A stretch of 64,000 bases of DNA from Mobula hypostoma (Eukaryota), in contig NC_086108.1 of the NCBI RefSeq assembly GCF_963921235.1, positions 94,800,001 to 94,864,000 on the forward strand. The letters are read 5' to 3'. A program made the translations under genes and the position numbers. Positions 49,460-61,489 of this stretch are shown here, one piece after another. How positions within the stretch are numbered: position 1 is the stretch's first letter; each line of letters begins with the position of its first letter. The notes below the pieces were generated by a model. That model did not search any database and was not told the origin of the DNA. It saw nothing but the letters and a program-made list of their open reading frames with translations.

Positions 49460-51478
49460 ATGGTAGGGTACAGGAACCGTGGTGTACAAAGGCTGTTGTA
49501 AATCTAGTCAAAAAGAAAAGAAGAGCTTACAAAAGGTTCAAAAAACTAGGTAATGATAAGGTTATAAGGCTAGCAGGAAGGAGTTTAAGAATGAAATTAG
49601 GAGAGCTAGAAGGGGCCATGAGAAGGTCATGGCGGACAGGATTAAGGAAAACCCCAAGGCATTCTACAAGCACGTGAAGAGCAAGAGGTTAAGATATGAG
49701 AGAATAGGACCAATCAAGTGTGACAGTGGAAAAGTGTGTATGGAACCGGAGGAGATAGCAGAGGTACATAATTAATACTTTGCTTCAGTATTCACTACGG
49801 AAAAGGACTTTGGCGATTGTAGGGATGACTTGCAGCAGACTGAAAAGCTTGAGCATGTAGATATTAAGAAAAAGGATGTGCTGGAGCTTTTGGAAAGCAT
49901 CAAGATGGATAAGTCACCGAGACTAGATGGGATGTATCCCAGGCTACTGTGGGAGGCAAGGGAGGAAATTGCTGAGCCTCTGGCAATGATCAATGAGGAC
50001 AGGAGAGGTTCCGGAGGATTGAAGGATTGCGGATGTTGTTCCCTTATTCAAGAAAGGGAGTAGGGATAGCCCAGGAAATTATAGACCAGTGAGTCTTACT
50101 TCACTGGTCGGTAAGTTGATGGAGAAGATCCTAAGCGGCAGGGTTTATGAACATTTGGAGAGGCATAATATGATTAGGAATAGTCAGCATGGCTTTGTCA
50201 AAGGCAGGTCATGCCTTACGAGCTTGATTGAATTTTTTTGAGGATGCGACTAAACACATTGATGAAGGTAGAGCCGTAGATGTAGTGTCTATGGATTTTA
50301 GCAAGGCATTTGATAAGGTACCCCATGCAAGGCTTATTGAAAAAGTAAGGAGGCATAGGCTCTAAGGAGACATTACTTTGTGGATCCAGAACTGGCTTAC
50401 CCACAGAAGTGGTTGTAAATGGGTCATATTCTGCATGGAAGTCGGTGACCAGTGGTGTGCTTCAGTGATCTGTTCTGGGACCCCTACTCTTCGTGATTTT
50501 TATTAATGACCTGGATGAAGAAGTGGAGGGATGGGTTAGTAAATCTGCTGATGACACAAAGGTTGGGGGTGATGTGGATAGTGTGGAGGGCTGTCAGAGG
50601 TTACAAAAGGACATTGATGGAGTGCAAAACTGGGCTGAGAAGTGGCAGATGACGTTCAATCCAGATAAGTGTGAGGTGGTTCATTTTAGTAGGTCAAATA
50701 TGATGGCAGAATATAGTATTAATGGTAAGACTCTTGGCAGTGTGGAGGATCAGAGGGATCTTGGGGTCCGAGTCTATAGGACACTCAAAGCTGCTATGCA
50801 GGTTGACTCTATGGTTAAGAAGGCATAAGGTGCATTGGCCTTCATCAATCGTGGGATTGAGTTTAAGAGTTCAGAGGTAATGTTGCAGCTATATAGGACC
50901 CTGGTCAGTTCCCACTTGGAGTACTGTGCTCAATTCTGGTCGCCTCACTACAGGAAAGATATGGAAACCATAGAAAGGGTGCAGAGGAGATTTACAAGGA
51001 TGTTGCCTAGATTGGGGAGCATGCCCTATGAGAATAGGTTGAGTGAACTCAGCCTTTTCTCCTTGGAGCGATGGAGGATGAGAGGTGACCTGATAGAGGT
51101 GTACAAGATATTGAGAGGCATTGATTGTGCAGATAGTCAGAGGCTTTTCCCCAGGGCTGAAATGGTAGCACGAGAGGGCACAGTTTTAAGGTGCTTAGAA
51201 GTAGGTACAGGGGAGATGTCAAGGGTAAGTTGTTGTTATTATTGTTGTTGTTTTTTTTATAAACACAGAGAGTGGTGAGTGCGTGGAATGGGCTGCGGGC
51301 GGCGGTGGTGGAGGCGGAAACAATAGGGTCTTTTAAGAGACTCCTGGATGGCTACATGGAGCTTAGAAAAAAGAGGGCTATGGGTAAACCTAGGTAGTTC
51401 TAAGGTAGGGACATGTTCAGCACAGCTTTGTGGGCCAAAGGGCCTGTATCGTGCTGTAGGTTTTCTATGTTTCTATGT
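49460..51478 (+). mobile_element. CR1 family C, 5'-truncated, inside the left Tc1 TIR
   Basis: GRVQEPWCTKAVVNLVKK through RT motifs to a (TTTCTATG)n tail. Confidence 0.92.
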
Positions 51479-54166
51479 TTAAATGTGGTCTGAACTTCAG
51501 CTATGTCACAAAAACAGACAAACACAATCTGCCTAAACTAATAACACACAAACAATTGTATTTCTTGTCAATACTGAGTATACCATTTAAGCAATCACAG
51601 TCCAGGTTCAAAATGTATGTGAACCTTAAGGTGAGGCCTTCAACAAAAGCTATTTGGAGGGGTCAGGTGTCCCAGTCAATGAGATGAGATTGAAGGTGCG
51701 GGTTGTAGAGGTGCCCTATCCTATAAAAAAGACACATAAAGTCAGGTTACTGACAGAGCCTGCTCTTGTCAAGAAAGTTCTGTTTATGTGCACCACGCCC
51801 CAACTAAAACAACTTTCAGAGGGGCTTAGAAGAATTGTAGAGATGCATGAAGCTCAAAAACGTTACAAAAGCATTTCTAAAGACTTGAGTGTTCATCAGT
51901 CCAAAGTAAGAGGAGGAAATTCAGTACTGTTGCTACCCTCCCTAGGAATAGGCGTTCTGCAAAGATCACAGCAAGAGCACAATGTGTAATGCTGAAGGAG
52001 ATGAAAAAAAACCCAAAGGTAACAGCAAAAGACATGCAGAAATCTCTAGAACTTGCTAAAATGTCTGTTCATGTGTCCACTATAAGAAAAACAAGAATGC
52101 TGTTCATGGAATGACACCACAGAGAAAACCACTGCTCTCAAAAAAAAAACAAAGCTGCACATCTCAAGTTTGTAAAGACCATCAGGATGTTCCACAAAAC
52201 GTCTGGAACAATGTTCTGTGAGAAGATGAGACAAAAGTTGAACTTTGTGGTAGAAATGCACACCAACACCAAAACCTCATCCCAACTGTGAAACATGGTG
52301 GAAGGAGCATCATGGCTTGGGCTGCTTTGCTGCCTCAGGGTCTGAATAGCTTGCAGTCATTGAGAGAACAATGAATTCAAAATTGTATCAAGACATTTTA
52401 CAGGAGAGTGTAAAACCTCTCCTGAAGCTTAACAGAAGTTAGATGATCCAACAGGGCAATGATCCGAAACTTGAGAGTAAATCAACGAAAGAATGGTTTA
52501 AAAAGAAGAAAATTCGTGTTTGGAATGGCTGAGTCAGAGTTCAAATCTTAACCCAATTGAGATGATGTGGCATGACCTGAAGAGGGTGGTTCACTTAAGG
52601 TATCCCAGAAATATTTAAGTACTGAAACAGTTTTATATGGAGAAATAGTCTAAACTTCCTCCTCGCCATGTGTAAGTCTGATTAGCAGCTATAGGAAACA
52701 TTTGGTGGAGGTTATTGCTGGTAGAGGTGGAGGGGTAGGCCTCATGATCAGCTCCTCTTGGTACACAAATATATTAGTGCTGTTCCAATTCTATTCACCA
52801 GACCTGGAATATTTCACAGTTAAGAGCCATCCGTTTTACCTGCCACGGGAAATTTCCATGATCATTTTGGTAGCCAATGACTATGAGGCTTCAGATGATC
52901 TGAGCAATGGGATCAACATGCACAAAACAGCGCACCCTAACACCTTCACCATTGTCTTGAGGGATTTTAACCAGACCAGTCTGGGAAAAAAAATTACTAA
53001 ATAATTACCATTAACAGATCACTTACAATACCAGAGGAAACACACTGGACCATTGTTACACCACCATCAAAAAAGCCTACCGTGCTATTCCACGCCCTCA
53101 CTTCGGGAAATCTGATCACCTGGCTGTACTTCTATTCCCTAAGCACAGCCAGAGACTGAAGACTGCAGCACCAGTACGGAGGACCAAGGAGGCATGGAGA
53201 GGGAAGCACAGGGGCGCCTACAGGACTACTTTGAACCAGTGGTCTGGACCGTAATCAGGGATTCATTTTTGATTCTAGATGAGTATGCTACCATTGTTAC
53301 TGACTTCATTAAAACCTATGTGGATGAGTGTGTGCCTACAAAGACTTGCTGTGCATTCACAAACCAAAAGCTGGGGATGAACCAGGAGGTATGTTGTCTG
53401 CTGAGGGCTACATCTGTGGCATTCAAGTCTGGCGACCCAGGCCTGCACCAAAAAACTATGTATGACCTGCAGAGGGCTATTTCAAGAGGGAAGAGACAAT
53501 TTCAAATGACGTTGGAGGTGACCTGGGATGTACAACAACTCTGGCAGGGTTTGCAAGACATTACTTCCTACAAAGCGAAACCCAATTATATGAATGCCAG
53601 TGATGCTTCACTACCAGATGAACTCAATGCCCTCTATGCCCACTTTGAAAGGGAGAATATAACTAAAGCTGTGAAGATTCCTGCTGCACCAGGTGACCCT
53701 GTGATCTCTGTCTCAGAGGCTGATATTAGACTGTCTTAAAGAGAGTGAAACATCGCAAGGCGGAAATCCCTGACAGAGTACCTGGTAAGGCTCTGAAAAT
53801 CTGTGCCAACCAATTGGCAGGAGTATTCAAGGACATTTTCAACCTCTCACTGCTATGGGTAGAAGTTCCCACTTGCTTCAAAAATGCAACAATTATACCA
53901 GTGCCTAAGAAGAATAATGTGAGCTGCCTTCATGACTATCACCCAGTAGCACTCACATCTACAGTGATGAAATGCTTTGAGAGGTTGGTCATGACTAGAC
54001 TGAACTCCTTCCTCAGCAAGGACTTTGATCCACTGCAATTTGCCTATTGACACAATAGGTCAACGGCAGACGCAATCTCAATAGTTCTTTCCACGGCCTT
54101 AGACCATCTAGACAATACAAACACCTATGTCAGGATGCTGTTCATCAACTATAGCTCAGCATTTAA

Positions 54167-55332
54167 CAGTGGGACACCACTAGTCACAATCCTCCAATCT
54201 GAATGTACTCCCTCCACCACCACCCTCTGCCTTCTGCAGGCAAGCCAATTCTGAATCCACCTGGCCAAACTTCCCTGGATCCCATGCCTTCTGACTTTCT
54301 GAATAAGCCTACCATGTGGAACCTTGTCAAATGCCTTACTAAAATCCATACGGATCACTTCCACTGCACTACCCTCATCTATATGCCTGGTCACCTCCTC
54401 AAAGAACTCTGTCAGGCTTGTTAGACACGATCTGCCCTTCACAAAGCCATGCTGACTGTCCCTGATCAGACCATGATTCTCTAAGTGCCCAGAGATCCTA
54501 TCTCTAAGAACCTTTTCCAACAGCTTTCCCACCACAGACGTAAGGCTCACTGGTCTATAATTACCCGGACTATCCCTACTACCTTTTTTGAACAAGGGGA
54601 CAACATTTGCCTACCTCCAATCCTCTGGTACCATTCCCGTGGACAACGAGGACATAAAGATCCTAGCCAGAAGCTCAACAATCTCTTCCCTCGCCTCCTG
54701 GAGCAGCCTGGGAAATATTCCATCAGGCTCCGGGGACTTATCCGTCCTAATGTACTTTAACAACTCCAACACCTCCTCTCCCTTAATATCAACATGCTCC
54801 AAAACATCAACCTCACTCATATTGTCCTCACCATCATCAAGTTCCCTCTCATTGGTGAATACTGAAAAGTATTCATTGAGGACCTCGCTCACTTCCACAG
54901 CCTCCATACACATCTTCCCACCTTTATCTCTAATCGGTCCTACCTTCACTCCTGTCATCCTTTTGTTCTTAAGATAATTGAAGAATGCCTTGGGGTTTTC
55001 CTTTACCCTGCTCATCAAGGCCTTCTCATGCCCCCTTCTTGCTCTTCTCAGCCCCTTCTTAAGCTCCTTTCTTGCTTCCCTATATTCCTCAATAGACCCA
55101 TCTGATCCTTGCTTCCTAAACCTCATGTATGCTGCCTTCTTCCACCTGACTAGATTTTCCACCTCACTTGTCACCCATGGTTCCTTCACCCTACCATTCT
55201 TTATCTACCTCACCGGGACAAATTTATGCCTAACATCCTGCAAGAGATCTCTAAACATCGACCACATGTCCATAGTACATTTCCCTGCAAAAACATCATC
55301 CCAATTCACACCCGCTAGTTCTAGCCTTATAG
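54167..55332 (-). mobile_element. Internal CR1 family B segment nested in Rex1
   Basis: Near-identical to 14102-15203; lacks its 3' end. Confidence 0.9.
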
Positions 55333-55430
55333 TTCCTGGGTGTCAAGATCTCGGAGGACCTAACCTAGTCCCAACATATCGATGCAGCTATTAAGGCGGC
55401 AAGACAGCGACTATACTTCATTAGGAGTTT

Positions 55431-58027
55431 ATTTAATATAATTTTCATTAAATTTTCAAAAAGAATACATAAAAAGATCAAATCTACCCACCCCCACTCC
55501 CCTTAACCCTCCCCCCCCCATATATAGTCAAAGAAAGAAAAAAAAAGAAGAGCCACCTGGGTATTGGAAGGTTTCCACATGCTCCATGGGATTCAAAATA
55601 AATTTGGTATAATTATTCATTACTTTCCCCAAGTAACCAAAATCTTTATCGGAGCAGTTAAATATGCCATCCTATCTTTTGTAAATAAGGGCGCCAAATA
55701 TTCAAAAATGTTACATATTTATCTCTTAAATTATAAGTAATTTTTTCAAGTGGAATAGAACTAGCCATTTCATTATTCCAACGATCCATACTTAAATACG
55801 AATCAGATTTCCAAGTAACTGCTATAGTCTTCTTAGCTACTGCCAATGCAATTTTTATAAATTCTTTCTGATATTTATTCAATTTAAGTTTCGGTTTTAT
55901 CCCTTCAATATCACCTAATAGAAATAATACAGGGTTATGTGGAAGTTGAATTCCAGTAATTTGTTCCAATAAGACTCTTAAATTTATCCAAAAGGGTTGA
56001 ATTTTAAAACAAGACCAAGTAGAATGTAAAAAAGTACCAATTTCTTGATTACACCGAAAACATTTATCAGATAGATTTGAATTTAATCTATTTATTTTTT
56101 GTGGTGTAATATATAATTGGTGTAAAAAATTATATTGTACTAATCTAAGTCGAACATTTATTGTATTTGTCATACTGTCAAGACTTTGTCTTGACAATTT
56201 GTTTCATCAATATTAATATTCAGATCTGTTTCCCATTTTTGCTTTGACTTATGGGTTCCTTGTTTAATTGTCTGTTCTTGAAGCAAATTATACATACAAG
56301 AAATAAATTTTTTAATTTTCCCTTTTTGAATTAAAATTTCAATTTCATTAGGCGTTGGCAAAAACATTGTTTGACCCAGCTTACCTATTAAGTAAGCCCT
56401 TAATTGAAAGCAACAAAAGAAAGTATTATTAGATATTTTATATTTATCCTTTAATTGTTCAAATGACATCAATATACCTCGCTCAAAACAATCTCCTATA
56501 AATTTAATCCCTTTTTAGTACCAATTATATAAAAGTTGATTGTCCATTGTAAAAGGAATAAGTCTGTTTTGGAACAAAGGTCTCCTTGCTAATAGAGATT
56601 TCTGTGTTTCCTTATCAACATTTATCTTATTCCATAGATCAATCAAATGTGTTAATATAGGAGATTCTTTCTTTTCCCGTATCCATTTAGATTCCCATTT
56701 ATGTATAAAATCTTCAGGTTTATTTTCTCCTATCTTATCTAGTTCTATTTTAATCCATGCTGGTTTTTTATCATCGAAGAAAGATGCAATAACTCTAAGT
56801 TGATTTGCTTTATAGTAATTTTTAAAGTTTGGAAGTTGTAACCCTCCTAACCCAAATTTACATGTCAGTTTTTCCAATGATATTCTTGACATTTTACCTT
56901 TCCAAAGAAACTTTCTCACACATTTATTTAACTCTTGAAAAAATTTTTGTGGCAATTGTATTGGTAATGTTTGAAACAAATACTGTAATCTAGGAAATAT
57001 ATTCATTTTTACAACATTGACTCTACCTATTAATGTTATTGGTAGTATCATCCATTTGTCAAGATTTTCTTGAATTTTTTTCAATAGTGGTAAATAATTA
57101 AATTTATATAAATTCTTTACATCATTATCAAGTCTTATACCTAAATACTTTATACCATTTACCGGCCATCTAAATTGGGTTACTAATTGACATTGACTAT
57201 AGTCTCCTTTAGTAAGAGGTAAAATTTCACTTTTATCCCAATTTATTTTGTAACCTGATACCTTCCCATATTCATCCAATCTAGAAGATAATTTATGTAA
57301 CGAATGTTGTGGGTTTGTTAAATAGATCAAAACATCATCGGCAAAAAGATTAATTTTATATTCCTCTTGGTTAACTCTAAAACCCATAATATCTGGATCA
57401 ATTCTAATTAGTTCTGCTAATGGCTCTATCGCCAATACAAATAAAGCAGGTGATAGTGGACAACCTTGTCTAGTTGACCTTTTTAACTGGAATGGTGTTG
57501 AAATTTGAGAGTTTGTCACTACTTTAGCTTTAGGGTTAGAATTTAAAGTTTTAATCCAATTTATAAAAGATGTTCCTAACCCATATTTTTCTAATACTTT
57601 AAATAAAAAATCCCATTCTAATCTATCAAATGCTTTTTCTGCATCCAAAGCTACTACTATACTCTTCTCATCCCTTTTTTGTGCCAAATGAATTATACTG
57701 AGTAGCCGAGTTACATTATCTGCCAATTGTCTATTTTTAATAAATCCTGTTTGATCCATATGTATTAATTTTGGTAAATATTTAGATAATCTATTCGATA
57801 AAATTTTTGCTATTATTTTATAATCCGTATTCAATAAAGAAATAGGCCTGTATGATGTTGGTTTCATAGGATCTCTGTCCTTTTTTGGCAATACTATTAC
57901 AATCGCTGTAGAAAAAGATTCTGGAAGTTTATGTATTTTTTCTGCTTGATGTATTAGTTCCATAAAAAGAGGAAATAATAAATCTTTAAATTTTTTATAA
58001 AATTCAGGTGGAAAACCATCTATTTAT
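55431..58027 (-). mobile_element. L1-clade LINE, 5'-truncated, AT-rich, nested in Rex1
   Basis: 482-aa RT ORF (SYRPISLLNTDYKI, LDAEKAFDR, TRQGCPLSP, LFADD), C-terminal CFRC...HSTWSC; 17-bp TSD TACTTCATTAGGAGTTT (55414-55430, 58028-58044). Confidence 0.95.
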
Positions 58028-59210
58028 TACTTCATTAGGAGTTTGAAGAGATTTGGTATATCAACAAAAACACTCAAAAACTTCCACAGATGTACTACGG
58101 AGAGCATTCTGACAGGCTACATCACTGTCTGGTGTGGGGGACTAGAGCACAGGACCGAAAGAGGGTTGTAAATTCAGTCGGCTCCATTTTGGGTACTAGC
58201 CTACAAAGTACCCAGGACATCTTCAAGGAGTGGTGCCTCAGAAAGGCAGCGTCCATTATTACTCATCCCCAGCACTGAGAGCAGGCATGCCCTTTTCTCA
58301 TTGTTACCCATCAGGAAGGACGTACAGAAGCCTGAAGGCACACACTCAGTGATTCAGGAACAGTTTCTTCCCTCTGCCATCCAATTCTTAAATGGATATT
58401 GAACCTGTGAACACTACCTCAGATTTCAATATATATTATTTCTGGTTTTGCATGATTTTTAATCTATTCAATGTACATATACTGCAATTGATTGATTTAC
58501 TTATTTATTATTTTTTATTTTCTCTTCTATATTTCTCCCTTTAAGGTCATCCACCTTGTTCTCTATGGCTTGCACATTAGCTAGTAGGATAGTGGGCATA
58601 GGGACCCTGAAGCCCCTCAGCTTCAATCTGACCAGCAGCCCAGCTCTTTTCCCACAAAGTCGCCAGTTACCGGAGCCATCTTTAACGGATCTGGGCCGTA
58701 CCCTCCAAATATCTGGACCTGCCTCTCGGTTTTTTTGCACTACCTTACTTCCCATTTTTCTATTTTCTATTTATGATTTATAAATTTAAATTTTTAATAT
58801 TTACTAATTTTAACTTTTTTAATATCTTTAATATTTAATATTTGTAATCCAGGGAGTGAGAAGCGCAGAATCAAATATCGCTGTGATGATTGTACGTTCT
58901 GGTACCAATTGTCTGGCAACAATAAAGTATAAAGTATATTAGGTATTGCATTGAACTGCTGCTGCTGACAAATTTCACGACACATGCCAATGATACTAAA
59001 CCTGATTCTGATCCTGATTCTAAAGGAGATTCTACAAGTTATTAAATACAAGGGTTCGCATACATTTTCCAGCCTGGACTGTGAATGATTAAACAATGTG
59101 TTCAATAAAGACATGAAAAGTAAAATTATTTGTCTGTTATTAGTTAAGGCAAATTGTATTTGTCTATTATTGTCTACTTAGATGAACATATCCTATGAGT
59201 AATTAATGCA

Positions 59211-59775
59211 CTGGTAAGGCCTTCACTGGTTTTAGGTCCCTTATCTTAGAAAGGATGTGTTGAAACTGGAGAGGGTTCAAAGGAGGTCAACAAAAATGAT
59301 TTCAGGATTGAATGACTTGTCATATGAAGAGCATTTGATGGCTCTGGGCCTCTATTCACTAGAATTCAGAAGAATGAGGGGTAACCTTATTGAAACCTAT
59401 CGAATGGTGAAAGGCCTTGAAAGAATGAATATGGAGAGGATGTTTCCTATGGAGGGAGAGCGTAAGACCAGAGAACACAGCCTCAGAATAGAGGGGGTTC
59501 TTTTAGAATGGAGATGAAGAGGAATTTCTTTAGCCAGAGAGTGGTGAATCTGTGGAATTCTTTGCCACAGACAGCTGAGGAGGCAAAGTCTTTATGTACA
59601 TTTAAGACAGGAGTTGACAGATTCTTGATTGGTCAGGGCATGAAGAGATACGGGGAGAAGGCAGGAGACTGGGGCTGAGAGGAAATTTGGATTAGCCATG
59701 ATGAAATGGTGGAGCGGGCCTGATGGGCCAAATGGCCTAATTCTGCTCCTATATCTTATGTTCTTATGGTCTATG
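59211..59775 (+). mobile_element. CR1 3' fragment inside the right Tc1 TIR
   Basis: LERVQRRSTKMISGL...GLYSLEFRRMRG; tcttatg tail. Confidence 0.88.
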
Positions 59776-59820
59776 GTAAAACCAGGTAATTGCAATGGGT
59801 TCACAAACTTTTTCTTGCAT

Positions 59821-60210
59821 GGCAGCAGCAGCAGGTGCTCGTTTATGCCGCCGGCATTTAGGCCAGTAACAAAAGTCCTCCATCTCTGGTGGTGCACTTC
59901 AGTAGCTTCCTCGCAGTTTTCATGCAAGTCCTGAGTGGAGACTCAGGAATATCATCACACGCAGATGTAGAAGGATTCTTCATTGCTGTTTCTGTAACAA
60001 TTTTGTTTTACCAGTCAAGATTGTTAGCTCTGAACCTGGAGGACCGGTGGGTCACTCTTAGTTGGGCCTGTACCCTTTGACCTGTTTGGCATAGGTGACC
60101 CTACCAACAGCCAAAGCATAAAGCCCTGAATCCAGCCAACATAGCTCTCTGGGTCACTGAGGCACACAAGCCTCCAAACCGAACGACAAGGCTGTGGTAG
60201 TCGTGGAGGA
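59821..60210 (-). mobile_element. Short non-autonomous RTE-related element (5'UTR-like head plus short tail)
   Basis: Minus strand ccttgtcg...gagagctatg...ggtagggtcacc..ggtcctccaggtt resembles recalled RTE 5'UTRs; (CTG)n tail. Confidence 0.5.
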
Positions 60211-60869
60211 AAGATGTATGGGCTAGTCGGTTAATTGGTCACGTGAATGTAATTGGACAGTGCAGTCTCATTGGGCCAGAAGAGCCTGATACCGTGCTGA
60301 ATCTCTACAGTGTACAAAGGACTGCGCAAAGAGTACTCACAGAAAATATAATCTAAATTATTGATAAAGATTTCTAAGTATATAAAAAAAGAAATTTAGA
60401 CATTCCAGCAGTTGAAGAAGCTGATGATGGTATGGATATTTTGTATGCAGCTCAGTTCACAAGCCTCTTACACACAGTAGTTGTATACCATCATGTTAAG
60501 CTTCAACGTATTTGGCTAAAAGAAGGTTAGAATACAGACTAGAGTGTGAAATTCCTTGTAAAAAATTAATTAAACAAATTCAGTCTTGAATTATGATATT
60601 TCTGTCATCTGAGTCTTGATGATGGATGATATATTTTCAAAAATGGACATTAATTTTAAAGATAATTCCATTGAGGACATAAGGAATGAACAATGGATTA
60701 TCAGAGGTGACTCCATACATAGGAGAAACATGCTGGAGGTGAATGTCATTAAACAATCCTTACTGATGCACTCACATATGAAGGCACATGTGAAAAATGT
60801 TGTTTTTCCACCCATACCTCTTGATTACATGGCAACTGTTTTAACAATAGTTGGTATTCAATGTCTGAC

Positions 60870-61001
60870 CTGTTTAAGTCTATTCTTGGGCTTTGCAAAC
60901 TTTCCTCAATCTTCATCAGCTTCTTCCTCAAAGCTACTGAATTATCCATCCACTTGACCTTTTGTAACAAAACATCAATGACTGTCATGAAGTTGTCCAC
61001 G
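60870..61001 (-). CDS. ccdc18: CCDC18-like exon 1 of 13 in window (likely start ATG at 60988: MTVIDVLLQKVKWMDNSVALRKKLMKIEESLQSPRIDLNS)
   Basis: Acceptor ttttgtag and donor gtcaga. Resembles the recalled CCDC18 N-terminus ([24 protein letters not shown]). Ends in phase 2, matching the next exon. Confidence 0.7.
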
Positions 61002-61489
61002 CTACAAAAAAAAACACATTCAGACTATTAAGTAACAAAATTTTACAAATAGCCGTGTTAAATCCTGATAAAGTAAATATCAATTAAATCAGCACATCGA
61101 AACAAAATACCTTTGATTGACTCAAAAACCAATTTTCAAATACTTGGATCGAATGACAGTAGAGACTGCATTTTAAAACTTTTAGCAATAAAACCAAATA
61201 ATTTATTATGACATCAATTCAATTTTCTCATATGCTACAATTACAGGCACCATTTTATGCAAAATGTATCAAGAAGTTTCACTACAATGATATACTGAAT
61301 AAAAGGAAGAGGACGGAATCCTCATACAAGGAGCACAATAGAAGACATTCTTAAGTGACTAACAGGGTTGACGTTTTTAAAAAAAACAATTACAAATGCT
61401 GAAGAATCTAAGGTGAAAATGGAAAGTGTGTAGTCCATAGGTGAAGCAGCATTCAGGACAAGAGAAACTGAGTCAATGTTTACGATTCC

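Larger units (their letters stand above)
52721..59019 (+). mobile_element. Rex1/Babar LINE inserted in the Tc1 and itself interrupted three times
   Basis: Collinear with 26378-28906; cctgattctgatcctgatt tail. Confidence 0.9.
49399..59819 (+). mobile_element. Decayed Tc1 element stretched to about 10.4 kb by nested insertions
   Basis: Left TIR CAGTTGCAAGAAAAAGCTTGTGAACCC and right TIR GGGTTCACAAACTTTTTCTTGCA; transposase remnants at 51787-52720 resume at 59020 (EVIA|AKGDSTSY*). Confidence 0.85.

Noticed and set aside
60591..60957. Plus-strand 113-aa ORF and the intronic extension of the 60749-61000 ORF
   Set aside because: No recognisable motif; antisense to or read-through of the exon ending at the 60870 donor.
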